DNA from: Eubacteriales bacterium
Lineage (GTDB): Bacteria > Bacillota > Clostridia > Oscillospirales > CAG-272
DNA length: 64,000 bases
Direction: 5' to 3'
NCBI GenBank assembly: GCA_045651165.1
Contig: JAZRRX010000039.1
Location: 111,448 to 175,447 of the forward strand
Part shown: piece by piece, positions 9,141 to 19,480 of the stretch
Position numbering within the stretch: position 1 is the first letter of the stretch
How the letters are laid out: each line of letters begins with the position of its first letter
Program-made: the position numbers and the translations under genes
Notes under the pieces: generated by a model
Databases searched by the model: none
What the model was told of the DNA's origin: nothing
The model's input: the letters and a program-made list of their open reading frames with translations, nothing else

Positions 9141-10646
9141 TTATTTAAGATTATATATCTTTGAATATTTTTCTTCAAGATAATTTGTAAAATATGTGGG
9201 GTCAAATTTTTCACCAAGTGCGCTTTCTAAAAGTTCATCGGGATTTTTCAAGCAACCATATTTCCAAATATGTTCTCTATTCCACTCATTTATAGTAGCA
9301 AAGTTTCCTTCTGCAAGGCATTGTTCAACATCAACATCTTGTTTCATTTTGTGAAGAAGATGTGCACCATAGGCAGAACCTAGTGCATAAGATGGGAAAT
9401 ATCCAACACTACCGCCTGACCAGTGACTATCCTGAAGAACTCCTTCTCTATCGTTGGGAACTTCAACACCCAAATATTCTTTATAGAGCTTCTTCCATTC
9501 AGTTGCTAAATCTTTGACCTCGAGCTCACCACTCATAACTCTCTTTTCAAGCTCGTAACGAATCATAACGTGCAAACAATAGGTCACCTCGTCCGACTCG
9601 GTGCGAATCAAAGAAGGAGTTACCAAGTTTATTGCTTTATAAAGATCGTTTGCTGTATATCCCTTCATTTGTTCAGGGAAACATTCACAAACTTTTGGGA
9701 AAACGTAGTTTACAAATGCTTCGCTTCTACCAAGCAGGTTTTCATAAAAACGGCTTTGGCTTTCGTGAATGCCCATTGATACACCACCATCAAGATAAGT
9801 ATAGGCATAATCATCTTGTGGATTCATTTCATAGAGTGCGTGTCCACCCTCGTGAATTACGCTAAACATTGATGAAGCAAAGTTTTCTTCATCGAAATTA
9901 GTTGTAATTCTTACATCGTAATGCGATCCGATGCTCGTCGTAAAAGGGTGCTCTGTTGTGCCAAGACCACAAATACCAAGATCAATTCCCATTATTTTCA
10001 TGAGTTCTCGAGAGAATTTTTCCTGTGATAATTCATCAAAATAACCGTGGATACAAGAATCATCTACCTGTTTTGTCTCACCAATTTTTTTAATTAGAGG
10101 AACAATTCTTGATTTTAGAGTTGCAAAAAACTCATCACATTTTTCCATTGTTAGTCCCTTTTCGTACTGATCAAGACAGTAATCGTAAGGATGCTTTTCG
10201 GGTGCGCAATAGTGCGCAATTTTTTTATTATATTCAAATATTTGTTCAAGATATGGACGGAATAGTTCAAAATCGTCAGTTTCTTTTGCAGTGTGCCACA
10301 CATCACCTGCATTTACAAGCAATTCTTGATATGCAATATAATCTTCAAGTGGAATCTTTTTCATTTCCTTCATTCCCTTGCAAGCAAGATACACTATTCT
10401 CTGCTCTTTTTCTTCAAGTTCGTTAATATGTGCATCCAAAAATTCAAGCATAGCAACAGTATCTTCGTTGGTTGTGAGATTATATGTTTCTTCACTTAAA
10501 ATTCCCAATGTATGAGCTCTATTGGCTGCGGTTTTCTTTGGAGCAACAGTTGCTCCATCGTAATAAATAATGGACATTGCGTGATTATATGCACTTAGTT
10601 TATTTTGCCAAGCATATAATTTGGCAATAGCTTCTTGTAAATTCAT
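9141..10646 (-). CDS. M32 carboxypeptidase (Taq-like metallocarboxypeptidase)
   Basis: HEGGHALYE (HExxH), HESQSRFYEN and IRTESDEVTY; 501 aa. Confidence 0.9.
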   Translation of the reverse strand: MNLQEAIAKLYAWQNKLSAYNHAMSIIYYDGATVAPKKTAANRAHTLGILSEETYNLTTNEDTVAMLEFLDAHINELEEKEQRIVYLACKGMKEMKKIPLEDYIAYQELLVNAGDVWHTAKETDDFELFRPYLEQIFEYNKKIAHYCAPEKHPYDYCLDQYEKGLTMEKCDEFFATLKSRIVPLIKKIGETKQVDDSCIHGYFDELSQEKFSRELMKIMGIDLGICGLGTTEHPFTTSIGSHYDVRITTNFDEENFASSMFSVIHEGGHALYEMNPQDDYAYTYLDGGVSMGIHESQSRFYENLLGRSEAFVNYVFPKVCECFPEQMKGYTANDLYKAINLVTPSLIRTESDEVTYCLHVMIRYELEKRVMSGELEVKDLATEWKKLYKEYLGVEVPNDREGVLQDSHWSGGSVGYFPSYALGSAYGAHLLHKMKQDVDVEQCLAEGNFATINEWNREHIWKYGCLKNPDELLESALGEKFDPTYFTNYLEEKYSKIYNLK

Positions 10647-10655
10647 ATTTTCTCC

Positions 10656-11726
10656 TTAAGCACAAAAAGTGCTATCAAAATAATATTTTTTATTGTAATA
10701 TATAAATGCAACTTCAACATATTCAATACCTGTGTTTTCTGTTGCGCCAATATAAAGGTTCTTTCTTACAACTGCAACATAAGGTGTGGGATTATAATCA
10801 TATTTGCTTGATATTGTTCCACCTCCGGTAATGTTGCCAAACATTTCTCCCCAACCACCTTCATAGTTGAGATATTCTTGGAAATCATTATAATGGTTAT
10901 ATGTATAGAACAGATATTTTTCGTTAATATCAATTATTTTATCACCATTTTTATCATATCTTGTGTAAACGATACGAGCAGCCCCTCTTGTGATTTTATA
11001 ACCATTATTATAAATAGCTGCGGTATATTTAGGATCACAATCAGTGCCAGTTGTCCCGATATCTATTTCATAATAATCAAGTTCACCACCACATCCTGAT
11101 ATATTAGGAAGCACTGGTTCATAGGGATAGCTATAAGTATTTCCTGAAAAATAAGTATTATTAAGACGAAGATATTTTCCCCAAGGATTACTTGATGGGC
11201 TTCCACTCTTTTTATTTGTATAGTTAGCAGGGATTTCACCGAAAGCAAAAACGTATGCCGCGACCTCTTCTAGAGTAACATATGCTCCGCCTTTAAAAAC
11301 TTTATTAACTACTTCACCATTCGAATTGATTATGTAATATACGTTTCCATCAGAAGAATAGAGGGCACTTGTGTTTCGTATGAATAAGCCGTTTTCCTTC
11401 GGCTGATTTTGTGCAATAGTTGGCTCTTGATCTTGCTCATCTATTGAACCTGACATTAAATAATGTTGTGAACGATAATAAGCATCCCAATAATTTTCAG
11501 CAGGAGTATAGTTTGCATAAAACTCAGTTTTATCAACATTTTTATATGGATCTTCAGCTGGTTCTTCTGTTATATCCATATCGGGATTGAAATTATCTAT
11601 GGGTTGTCGAGTAGTTGTTAAGATTGAGGATTGGGAAGATTCCGTGGTACTATTTTGAACAAATAGATCGCATGAAACCAAGCTCAAAACTACTAAAAGT
11701 ATTAATAGTGATTTCAAAAATTTCAT
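10656..11726 (-). CDS. Lipoprotein with C-terminal barnase-like (N1/T1 superfamily) ribonuclease domain
   Basis: Signal peptide plus lipobox MKFLKSLLILLVVLSLVSC. Barnase-like blocks EEVAAYVFAFGEIPANYTNKKS, YYEIDIG, RGAARIVY and YNHYNDF. Start set to 11726 behind AGGAGA. Confidence 0.7.
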   Translation of the reverse strand: MKFLKSLLILLVVLSLVSCDLFVQNSTTESSQSSILTTTRQPIDNFNPDMDITEEPAEDPYKNVDKTEFYANYTPAENYWDAYYRSQHYLMSGSIDEQDQEPTIAQNQPKENGLFIRNTSALYSSDGNVYYIINSNGEVVNKVFKGGAYVTLEEVAAYVFAFGEIPANYTNKKSGSPSSNPWGKYLRLNNTYFSGNTYSYPYEPVLPNISGCGGELDYYEIDIGTTGTDCDPKYTAAIYNNGYKITRGAARIVYTRYDKNGDKIIDINEKYLFYTYNHYNDFQEYLNYEGGWGEMFGNITGGGTISSKYDYNPTPYVAVVRKNLYIGATENTGIEYVEVAFIYYNKKYYFDSTFCA

Positions 11727-11850
11727 AATTTCTCCTAAATTTTTACTATAAAACAATTATATCATATTTTTATGCTTTTGAAAATAGATTTTTGTTGAAA
11801 ATTTGTGAAATTTGTGTTATTATTAAAATATAAAATGAAAGGAGATAATT

Positions 11851-12603
11851 ATGAAGTTTATTTCTTGGAATGTTAATGGCTTTAGAGCTTGTTTAAATAA
11901 AGGATTTGGCGATTTCTTTGCCAATGAGGATGCAGATTTCTTTTCTATTCAAGAATCCAAAATGCAACCCGGTCAAGCAGAATTTAATGCCGAGGGTTAT
12001 TATCAATATTGGTACAGTGCTGAGAAAAAAGGTTATAGTGGCACTGCAATTTTTACAAAGCACGAACCCCTATCTGTTAAGTTTGGGCTTGGAATTGACG
12101 AACACGACCACGAGGGACGCGCAATCACGCTTGAATATGAAAACTTCTATCTTTTGAACGTATATACACCCAATTCACAAAGAGAATTGACTCGACTCGA
12201 TTATCGTATGACTTGGGAAGATGCGCTCAGAAATTATATGATGGAGCTTGATAAAGTTAAGCCCGTTATTTACTGTGGAGATTTGAACGTAGCCCACGAA
12301 GAAATTGACCTTAAGAATCCCAAGACAAACCACTTTTCCGCTGGATTTACTGATGAAGAAAGAGGCAAATTTTCAGAGCTTTTAGCAAGTGGTTTTTCAG
12401 ACACCTTCCGTTCGCTTTACCCCGACAAAGTGGAATACTCTTGGTGGAGTTATATGTTCCAAGCAAGACAGAAGAACGTTGGTTGGAGAATTGACTATTT
12501 CGTAGTTTCAAATCGCATTTTAGAAAAGGTTAAGGAAGCAAAAATCCATACCGAAATTATGGGTAGTGACCATTGCCCCGTATCCATTGAAATTGATATT
12601 TAA
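11851..12603 (+). CDS. xth: Exodeoxyribonuclease III
   Basis: MKFISWNVNGFRA N-terminus and C-terminal GSDHCPV; 250 aa. Confidence 0.9.
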   Translation: MKFISWNVNGFRACLNKGFGDFFANEDADFFSIQESKMQPGQAEFNAEGYYQYWYSAEKKGYSGTAIFTKHEPLSVKFGLGIDEHDHEGRAITLEYENFYLLNVYTPNSQRELTRLDYRMTWEDALRNYMMELDKVKPVIYCGDLNVAHEEIDLKNPKTNHFSAGFTDEERGKFSELLASGFSDTFRSLYPDKVEYSWWSYMFQARQKNVGWRIDYFVVSNRILEKVKEAKIHTEIMGSDHCPVSIEIDI

Positions 12604-12610
12604 AAAGATA

Positions 12611-12642
12611 ACCCGACGGAAATCCGTCGGGTTGTTTTGTTT
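12611..12642. terminator. Bidirectional terminator between xth and tdk
   Basis: Stem ACCCGACGG/CCGTCGGGT, loop AAAT, then a T-rich tail. Confidence 0.8.
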
Positions 12643-13210
12643 ATTCTTTAGTTGCCTTTTTCCAGCAAGCGTGGCACATTGCGACATAGGAGTCATTACC
12701 ACCGATAAGTATTTGTCCACCTTCGGTTACAACCTTGCCATTGCCATCAATTCTAGCATTAACAACTGCCTTTTTACCGCAAGTACAGATTGTTTTAATT
12801 TCAGAGATAGAATCTGCCACCTCGAAAAGACGATGGCTACCTTCGAAAGTATGTGTCAAGAAGTCAGTACGAAGTCCGAAGCAAAGAACCGGAATTTCAA
12901 GCTCATCGACAATTCTTCGAAGCTGGTCAATTTGCTCTTTTGTAAAGAACTGACATTCATCAGCAATTACTGCGTGAGTGCTAACGTGACTCTTAAATTC
13001 TTCATAAATATCCATATCAGGAGTGATAATCTGAGCTCTCTGCTCAAGGCCAATTCTTGAACGAATAATATCAGCACCATCGCGGTCGTCAATAGATGGT
13101 TTAATAAGCCACACTCTCATTCCTCTTTCTTCATAATTGAATTTTGTAATGAGTGCATTTGCTGTTTTAGAAGAGCCCATAGCTCCATATTTAAAATATA
13201 ATTTAGCCAT
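12641..13210 (-). CDS. tdk: Thymidine kinase
   Basis: P-loop GAMGSSKT and C-terminal zinc-binding Cys pairs (CTCGKKA ... CHACW); 189 aa. Confidence 0.9.
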   Translation of the reverse strand: MAKLYFKYGAMGSSKTANALITKFNYEERGMRVWLIKPSIDDRDGADIIRSRIGLEQRAQIITPDMDIYEEFKSHVSTHAVIADECQFFTKEQIDQLRRIVDELEIPVLCFGLRTDFLTHTFEGSHRLFEVADSISEIKTICTCGKKAVVNARIDGNGKVVTEGGQILIGGNDSYVAMCHACWKKATKE

Positions 13211-13212
13211 TT

Positions 13213-14439
13213 TTAGTTCCTTTCAGCATACGTTGCATTGATTATGATTCTTTCAACAATTTCGACTACTTTATGAAGTGATTGAACAGAAAGGTATTCA
13301 AATCTTGAGTGGAAGTTTTCTCCGCCTGTGCAAATGTTAGGACAAGGCAATCCCATAAATGAAAGACGTGCACCATCAGTACCACCGCGAATGGGCATAA
13401 TAATAGGTTTAACTCCAACCTGCTCCATAGCTTCAACCGCTCTATCAATTGTATACATATGGTTGTCGATAATTTCTTTCATGTTAAAATAGGAGTCTTT
13501 AACTGTGGCTACACAACTTTCCTCTCCATATTTAGCATTAATTTTATTTGCGCATTCAAGAAGAAGGGCCTTTTTATCATTGAACTTATTAATATCGTGG
13601 TCGCGGATGATGTAAACAAGTGTTGCATTTTCACATTCACCATTCATTTCGATAAGATGGAAGAAACCTTCATATCCTTCTGTCTTTGCAGGAATTTCAT
13701 CTTGTGGCAAAAGCGCATTGAAATCCATAGCCATAAGAGATGCATTCTTCATTTTATCTTTAGCAGAACCTGGGTGGATTGAAACACCGTTGAATTTTAC
13801 TACTGCTGAAGCAGCATTGAAGTTTTCATATTCAATTTCACCTAAAGAACCACCATCAACTGTATATCCGTAATCTGCGCCGAATTTTTCAACATCAAAA
13901 TGGTTTGCACCACGTCCAATTTCTTCATCAGGAGTGAAACAAATTCTAATCTTTCCGTGAGCTACGCCACTTGCGATAATATTCTCAACCGCAGAAACGA
14001 TAGCGCAAACGCCTGCTTTATCATCTGCCCCAAGAAGTGTCGTACCATCAGTTACGATAAGGTCATCGCCAAGGTATTTGTTAAGCGAAGGATATTCCTC
14101 TTTAGTAAGGTAAATTCCCTTTTCTTCATTAAGGCAAATATCGTTACCATCATATTTAACAATTTTGGTTTTGATCGGATAATCTGCGCAGGCATCACTT
14201 GTGTCAACATGCGCAACAAGACCAAGAGTAATTGTTGAATTTTCAACATTTGCAGGCAAAGTAGCATAAAGATACCCCATATCGTCAAGCTCAACATCAT
14301 CAAGTCCCAAAGCAATAAGCTCCTCTGCAATCGCTCTGCTCAAAACCAACTGTTTTTTAGTGCTTGGCACAGTTTCACTTGTTTCATCACTCATTGTGGG
14401 GTATGAAACGTATTTTAAAAATCTATCAGTAATTTTCAT
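13213..14439 (-). CDS. pepT: Peptidase T (tripeptide aminopeptidase, M20B)
   Basis: GLVAHVDTSD, LLGADDKAGV, FTPDEEIGRG; 408 aa. Confidence 0.9.
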   Translation of the reverse strand: MKITDRFLKYVSYPTMSDETSETVPSTKKQLVLSRAIAEELIALGLDDVELDDMGYLYATLPANVENSTITLGLVAHVDTSDACADYPIKTKIVKYDGNDICLNEEKGIYLTKEEYPSLNKYLGDDLIVTDGTTLLGADDKAGVCAIVSAVENIIASGVAHGKIRICFTPDEEIGRGANHFDVEKFGADYGYTVDGGSLGEIEYENFNAASAVVKFNGVSIHPGSAKDKMKNASLMAMDFNALLPQDEIPAKTEGYEGFFHLIEMNGECENATLVYIIRDHDINKFNDKKALLLECANKINAKYGEESCVATVKDSYFNMKEIIDNHMYTIDRAVEAMEQVGVKPIIMPIRGGTDGARLSFMGLPCPNICTGGENFHSRFEYLSVQSLHKVVEIVERIIINATYAERN

Positions 14440-14595
14440 ATTTCCTCCATAAAGTAAACTTTAATTAATTATAGCATATTTTTATTTTCTCGGCAATAGC
14501 AAAACTAAATAAAATAAAATTATTTTACTTTACAAATTCGGATTTGTGTGTTATAATTATTATGTATATTTATATCTAAAACAGGAGTGTAATGT

Positions 14596-15132
14596 ATGAG
14601 CTATATTTTGACTTATAAAAAGAAGGAGTTTTATCCCCTTGAACCTAAAATTGAAGATATAGACATTGAGGATATTGCCCATGCACTTTCTCTACTCTGT
14701 CGTGCTAATGGACATTTTAAACACTTTTATTCGGTTGCATTGCACTCTTTAAACTGTGCAAATGAAGCGCAGGCACGAGGATACTCTCAAAACGTTATTC
14801 TTGGTTGCCTTTTGCATGATGGAAGCGAAGCATATCTTGCAGACATAACTCGCCCCGTTAAAAAGCATCTTCATAAGTATCTTGAAATTGAGGATGTTCT
14901 CCAAAACAACATATTTGAAAAATGGATTCCCTCTCTTACAGAGGAAGAAAGAAAGCAAATTTTTGATATTGACGATGCTATTCTCTATTATGAATTCATC
15001 ACACTTTTTGGTGAAAAAATATTTAACTATGTGCCTGAATTACAATCTCAACCACGATTTGAATATATTGAATTTTCTAAAATAGAAAATGAATTTTTAG
15101 GGCTTTTTTATAAACTCACCAATACTAAATGA
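14596..15132 (+). CDS. HD-domain phosphohydrolase
   Basis: CLLHDGSEAYLADI (HD motif) plus an upstream His (ALHSL); 178 aa. Confidence 0.65.
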   Translation: MSYILTYKKKEFYPLEPKIEDIDIEDIAHALSLLCRANGHFKHFYSVALHSLNCANEAQARGYSQNVILGCLLHDGSEAYLADITRPVKKHLHKYLEIEDVLQNNIFEKWIPSLTEEERKQIFDIDDAILYYEFITLFGEKIFNYVPELQSQPRFEYIEFSKIENEFLGLFYKLTNTK

Positions 15133-15147
15133 TAAGGAAGTAATCAA

Positions 15148-16431
15148 ATGAAGGGCTATAAGGGCTTTAATTGGTTCAAGCTTGATAATGCTGCAAAGAT
15201 ATATCCTGCATCACACAACAGATATTGGAGCAATTTGTTCCGACTGTCTGCAACGCTTTACGAGGATGTTGACATTAAAATTCTTGAACAAGCAATAAAA
15301 AACACTATACCTCGTTTTCCGAGTATTGCTGCACGACTTTCAGAGGGGCTTTTCTGGTATTATTTGCGCCCGATAAATACTCCGCCCGCAATTTTAGCGG
15401 AATACAGTTATCCACTTGCATATATGACAAAAAAAGAGATGAAAACTTGTGCATTCAGAGTTATAGTTTATAGAAAACGAATAGCTGTTGAAATATTCCA
15501 TGCACTTACAGATGGTACGGGCGGATTGATATTCTTAAAATCTCTTGTTGCAGAATATCTTGAACTAAAGCATCAGATTGAAATTCCTTGTGAACATGGC
15601 ATTCTTTCAAGAAAGGAACGTCCCAAACATTATGAAATCGAGGATAGCTTTCTTAAAAATTCTGCTCCTATTAAAGAAACTCGCAAGGATACAAATGCAT
15701 GGCGAATTGACGGTACGCCTGAGGATGACGGATATCTAAATATAACCAATTTTCAAATGTCCTGCCAGAAAATTCGTGATATGGCTCTGGAGAAAAACGT
15801 TTCAGTAAATACGTTTTTGACTGCAGTAATGATGAAGGCAATTTTGAATCTTCAATTAGATTTAATTCACAATCCCAAAAAGTACAAGCCCGTCAAGGTG
15901 CTTGTCCCAATAAATTTGCGCCGAATTTTTGATAGTAAAACCTTAAGAAATTTTGCGCTTTACACCATACCCGAAATCGATCCTCGTCTTGGTGACTACA
16001 CCTTAGATGAAATTATAAACATTGTGCATCACAAGGTTGGAATGTATGCCACAAAAAAGAATATGGCAAAAATGATAGAAACCAACGTTGCAGATGAAAG
16101 AAATCCATTTTTGAGAATTGTTCCTCTATTTATTAAAAATCTTGTTATGAAAATGGTATTCAATTCAGTTGGCGAGAAAAAATCCTGCCTTAGTTTCTCA
16201 AATCTTGGCGAAATAAAATTACCCCCAAATATGAAGGAACACATCCAAAAAATCGATTTTATTTTAGGGCCTCAGGCGCAAGCACCCTATAATTGCAGTG
16301 CCTATTCTTACCGTGATATTCTTAACGTAACTTTTTCGCGCGATATTAAAGAAGCGCGTCTTGAAACATATTTCTTCCGCGAGATGCAAAATCTCGGTGT
16401 TGAGATAACTGTACAGACAAATCAAAGATAG
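15148..16431 (+). CDS. HxxxD-motif acyltransferase (condensation/alcohol acetyltransferase-like)
   Basis: FHALTDGTGG (HxxxDG), characteristic of the condensation/WS-DGAT/PapA5-type acyltransferase superfamily; 427 aa. Confidence 0.5.
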   Translation: MKGYKGFNWFKLDNAAKIYPASHNRYWSNLFRLSATLYEDVDIKILEQAIKNTIPRFPSIAARLSEGLFWYYLRPINTPPAILAEYSYPLAYMTKKEMKTCAFRVIVYRKRIAVEIFHALTDGTGGLIFLKSLVAEYLELKHQIEIPCEHGILSRKERPKHYEIEDSFLKNSAPIKETRKDTNAWRIDGTPEDDGYLNITNFQMSCQKIRDMALEKNVSVNTFLTAVMMKAILNLQLDLIHNPKKYKPVKVLVPINLRRIFDSKTLRNFALYTIPEIDPRLGDYTLDEIINIVHHKVGMYATKKNMAKMIETNVADERNPFLRIVPLFIKNLVMKMVFNSVGEKKSCLSFSNLGEIKLPPNMKEHIQKIDFILGPQAQAPYNCSAYSYRDILNVTFSRDIKEARLETYFFREMQNLGVEITVQTNQR

Positions 16432-16442
16432 GAGGATTCAAT

Positions 16443-17135
16443 ATGTATTGTGCTAATTGTGGCGTAAAGCTTGCAGATACAGAAAAAAGATGTCCACTAT
16501 GTGGAACTGAGGCATATCATCCTGATATCGAACGACCCGAAATTGCTCCGCTATTCCCCCAGGACTTTGTTCCCAAGCGAGAATTGAGCAAAACGACTAT
16601 TCACATAATTATTTTGACTTTGTTTTTAATACCGATTTTTCTAACTTTCTATTCGGATTATTACATAAATCAGAAAATGACTTGGTCAGCGTATGCTATC
16701 TTTGCAATATCGTTGGTATATATAATATCAATTATGCCTTTTTGGTTCAAAAAACCAACTCCAGCCGTATTTGTTCCTATTGATTTTCTCTTGCTTATCC
16801 TTTTCTTACATTACATCAATTTTTCAACTAATGGAGATTGGTTTTTAACCCTTGCGTTTCCCCTTGTAACTTATCTCGGGCTCATAGTAACAGCCACATC
16901 AATTTTACTATATTATCTAAAAAAAGGACATCTCTATGTTATCGGTGCTTTCTTTATAGCACTTGGATTATATATGGATATTATAGAGCTTTTCCTTGTA
17001 ATAACATTTAAAGTGAATTTTGATGGTTGGTCGCTTTATCCTATGATTCCCCTTGTTATTATCGGTCTTGGAATGATAGGAATTTCAATTAGTAGAAATG
17101 CTAGAGCAGCTTTGGCAAGAAAGCTTCATATTTAA
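16443..17135 (+). CDS. Membrane protein with N-terminal zinc ribbon
   Basis: CANCG..x..CPLCG at the N-terminus, followed by about five hydrophobic helices. Confidence 0.6.
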   Translation: MYCANCGVKLADTEKRCPLCGTEAYHPDIERPEIAPLFPQDFVPKRELSKTTIHIIILTLFLIPIFLTFYSDYYINQKMTWSAYAIFAISLVYIISIMPFWFKKPTPAVFVPIDFLLLILFLHYINFSTNGDWFLTLAFPLVTYLGLIVTATSILLYYLKKGHLYVIGAFFIALGLYMDIIELFLVITFKVNFDGWSLYPMIPLVIIGLGMIGISISRNARAALARKLHI

Positions 17136-17157
17136 TAAAAGTTAAGGTGAAATATTT

Positions 17158-19476
17158 ATGATTAGTTTTGAAAATAGGACTTTTAAGCTTGATACATTAT
17201 CAACAAGCTACATTTTTAAAATAGCAGATAATGGCAAGCTCGAAAATCTGCATTATGGACCTTTGCTTCGTACACAGTCATATGATGCATTAGCTCTTAA
17301 AAACACTATAATGCTTGGTAGTTGCGTTGATTATAACACCAAATCAACTATCTCGCTTGATAACGTGCTTCTTGAATACAGTGAGAATGGCAAAGGTGAC
17401 TTTAGACATTCTCCCATAGAAATTATAATGCCCGATGGAACTTATGTAAGTGATTTTGTTTATCTTTCACACGAAATTAACAACTCTGCTTACTCTTCAA
17501 AAGACCTACCAACCGCTTATGGTAAGGCACAAACTCTTACAATCACTTTAAGAGATAAGAAGTTTGCAAGTATTTTCTTAAAACTTTCTTATACTGTTTT
17601 TGAAGAATCCAATGTAATCGTTAGAAATACTGTTATTGTCAACAACAGTTCGTCTGCTATAACTATTAACAAGTTAATGAGCTTCTCACTTGATTTGCCA
17701 TCAACCTATTACAACATTGTAACCTTGAATGGCTCATGGATTAAAGAAGCGCATTTGAATTCCACACCCGTTAGCGAAGGCATTTATGTTAATTCTTCAA
17801 CTGTAGGTGCATCGTCCAACAGACACAACCCTGCATTTATGCTTGTTGGCAAAGGTGCAGATTATTCTCACGGAAATGTATATGGATTTAATCTTATTTA
17901 TTCGGGCAATCATTACTCGGCTATTGAAGGTTCTCCTACAGGAACAACAAGAGTAATGAGTGGTATCAATCCTCATTGCTTTAAATGGGTAATAAATCCT
18001 CGTGAATCCTTTGAAACTCCACAAGCGGTAATGACATACTCTTCAAAGGGCATCAACAAAATGGCACAAAATATGCACGCCTTTGTTAATGAAAATATTG
18101 TTCGCGGAGTTCACAAAGGTAAAGAGCGTCCCATTGTTATAAACAACTGGGAAGCTATGATGTTTAATTTTAACAAACAAAAAATAATTGCCCTTGCTGA
18201 TAAAGCAAAAAAACTTGGCGTTGAGATGTTAGTTCTTGACGATGGTTGGTTTGGTGCAAGAAATAGTGATAAAGCAGGACTTGGAGACTGGATTGTAAAC
18301 ACTAAAAAGCTCCCTGGTGGCTTAAAATCACTTGCAAAAGCTATTAATCATCGTGGAATGAAATTCGGACTTTGGTTTGAACCTGAATGTGTAAACCCAG
18401 ATTCTGACTTGTACAGAGCACATCCTGATTGGGCAATTGCTGTTCCCTCTCGCATACCATCTTTGGGTAGAAACCAAATGGTACTTGACTTAACTCGCAA
18501 GGAAGTTAGAGATTATATTGTTAAATCTGTTGATGATATTCTTTCAAGCGCTAATATAGAATACGTAAAATGGGACTACAATCGTCACATCAGTGATATG
18601 TACTCTGCAACGCTTTCCAATCAAGGTGAATTTTATCACAAATATATTCTTGGTCTTTATGAGGTGCTTGATAGAATTTTCTATCAAAAGCATCCTAATA
18701 TACTCTTTGAAAGCTGTTCATCTGGTGGTAATCGCTTTGACCTTGGTATGCTCTGCTATTCACCTCAAGTATGGACAAGTGATGACACAGACCCTATTGA
18801 GAGACTTGATATTCAAGGTGGTATGTATAATTTTTATCCACCATCAACAATTTCTGCTCATGTTTCGATGTCACCTCACGCACAAACACTTCGTGCAACA
18901 CCTCTATCAACAAGATTCAATGTCGCTTCCTTTGGAGTGCTTGGATATGAGCTTGATTTTGCAGAATTGACACCGGACGAGTTAAAGCAGGTTAAACGAC
19001 AAATAGCTTTTTATAAGGCGCATAGAAAAACGTTCCAATATGGAAAATTTGAATTTGTAAATGTGGATAATCCCAGTCAACTCTCTTGGCAAATATCTAG
19101 CAAAAACGAAATAATTGCTGGCCTTTTCCAGAAAAAAACATGCGCCGCTCCCTATCGCGACCGTTTGACAATTCCCTCTGCTAATCCCGATAAAAAATAT
19201 AGCGTTGAATGTGTTAAGCAAAATCTTCGCATAAAAACTTTTGGTCCTCTTATCAATCACATCACCCCAGTAAAACTAAAGGCAGATGGATTTATTTTAA
19301 GAACCATAGACAAACACTTTTCACTCACTGACGGTCACGAATCATATGAATGCTATGGTGATATTCTTAATTTCGGAATTAATCTTGAGATGCAATATGA
19401 GGGTACTGGCTATAACGAAAACATCAGATTGCTTGGCGACTTTGGAAGCAACCTGTATTTAATAAAGGAGAAATAA
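17158..19476 (+). CDS. Alpha-galactosidase, GH36
   Basis: LVLDDGWFGARN and VKWDYNRHI motifs; 772 aa. Confidence 0.9.
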   Translation: MISFENRTFKLDTLSTSYIFKIADNGKLENLHYGPLLRTQSYDALALKNTIMLGSCVDYNTKSTISLDNVLLEYSENGKGDFRHSPIEIIMPDGTYVSDFVYLSHEINNSAYSSKDLPTAYGKAQTLTITLRDKKFASIFLKLSYTVFEESNVIVRNTVIVNNSSSAITINKLMSFSLDLPSTYYNIVTLNGSWIKEAHLNSTPVSEGIYVNSSTVGASSNRHNPAFMLVGKGADYSHGNVYGFNLIYSGNHYSAIEGSPTGTTRVMSGINPHCFKWVINPRESFETPQAVMTYSSKGINKMAQNMHAFVNENIVRGVHKGKERPIVINNWEAMMFNFNKQKIIALADKAKKLGVEMLVLDDGWFGARNSDKAGLGDWIVNTKKLPGGLKSLAKAINHRGMKFGLWFEPECVNPDSDLYRAHPDWAIAVPSRIPSLGRNQMVLDLTRKEVRDYIVKSVDDILSSANIEYVKWDYNRHISDMYSATLSNQGEFYHKYILGLYEVLDRIFYQKHPNILFESCSSGGNRFDLGMLCYSPQVWTSDDTDPIERLDIQGGMYNFYPPSTISAHVSMSPHAQTLRATPLSTRFNVASFGVLGYELDFAELTPDELKQVKRQIAFYKAHRKTFQYGKFEFVNVDNPSQLSWQISSKNEIIAGLFQKKTCAAPYRDRLTIPSANPDKKYSVECVKQNLRIKTFGPLINHITPVKLKADGFILRTIDKHFSLTDGHESYECYGDILNFGINLEMQYEGTGYNENIRLLGDFGSNLYLIKEK

Positions 19477-19480
19477 TTTT

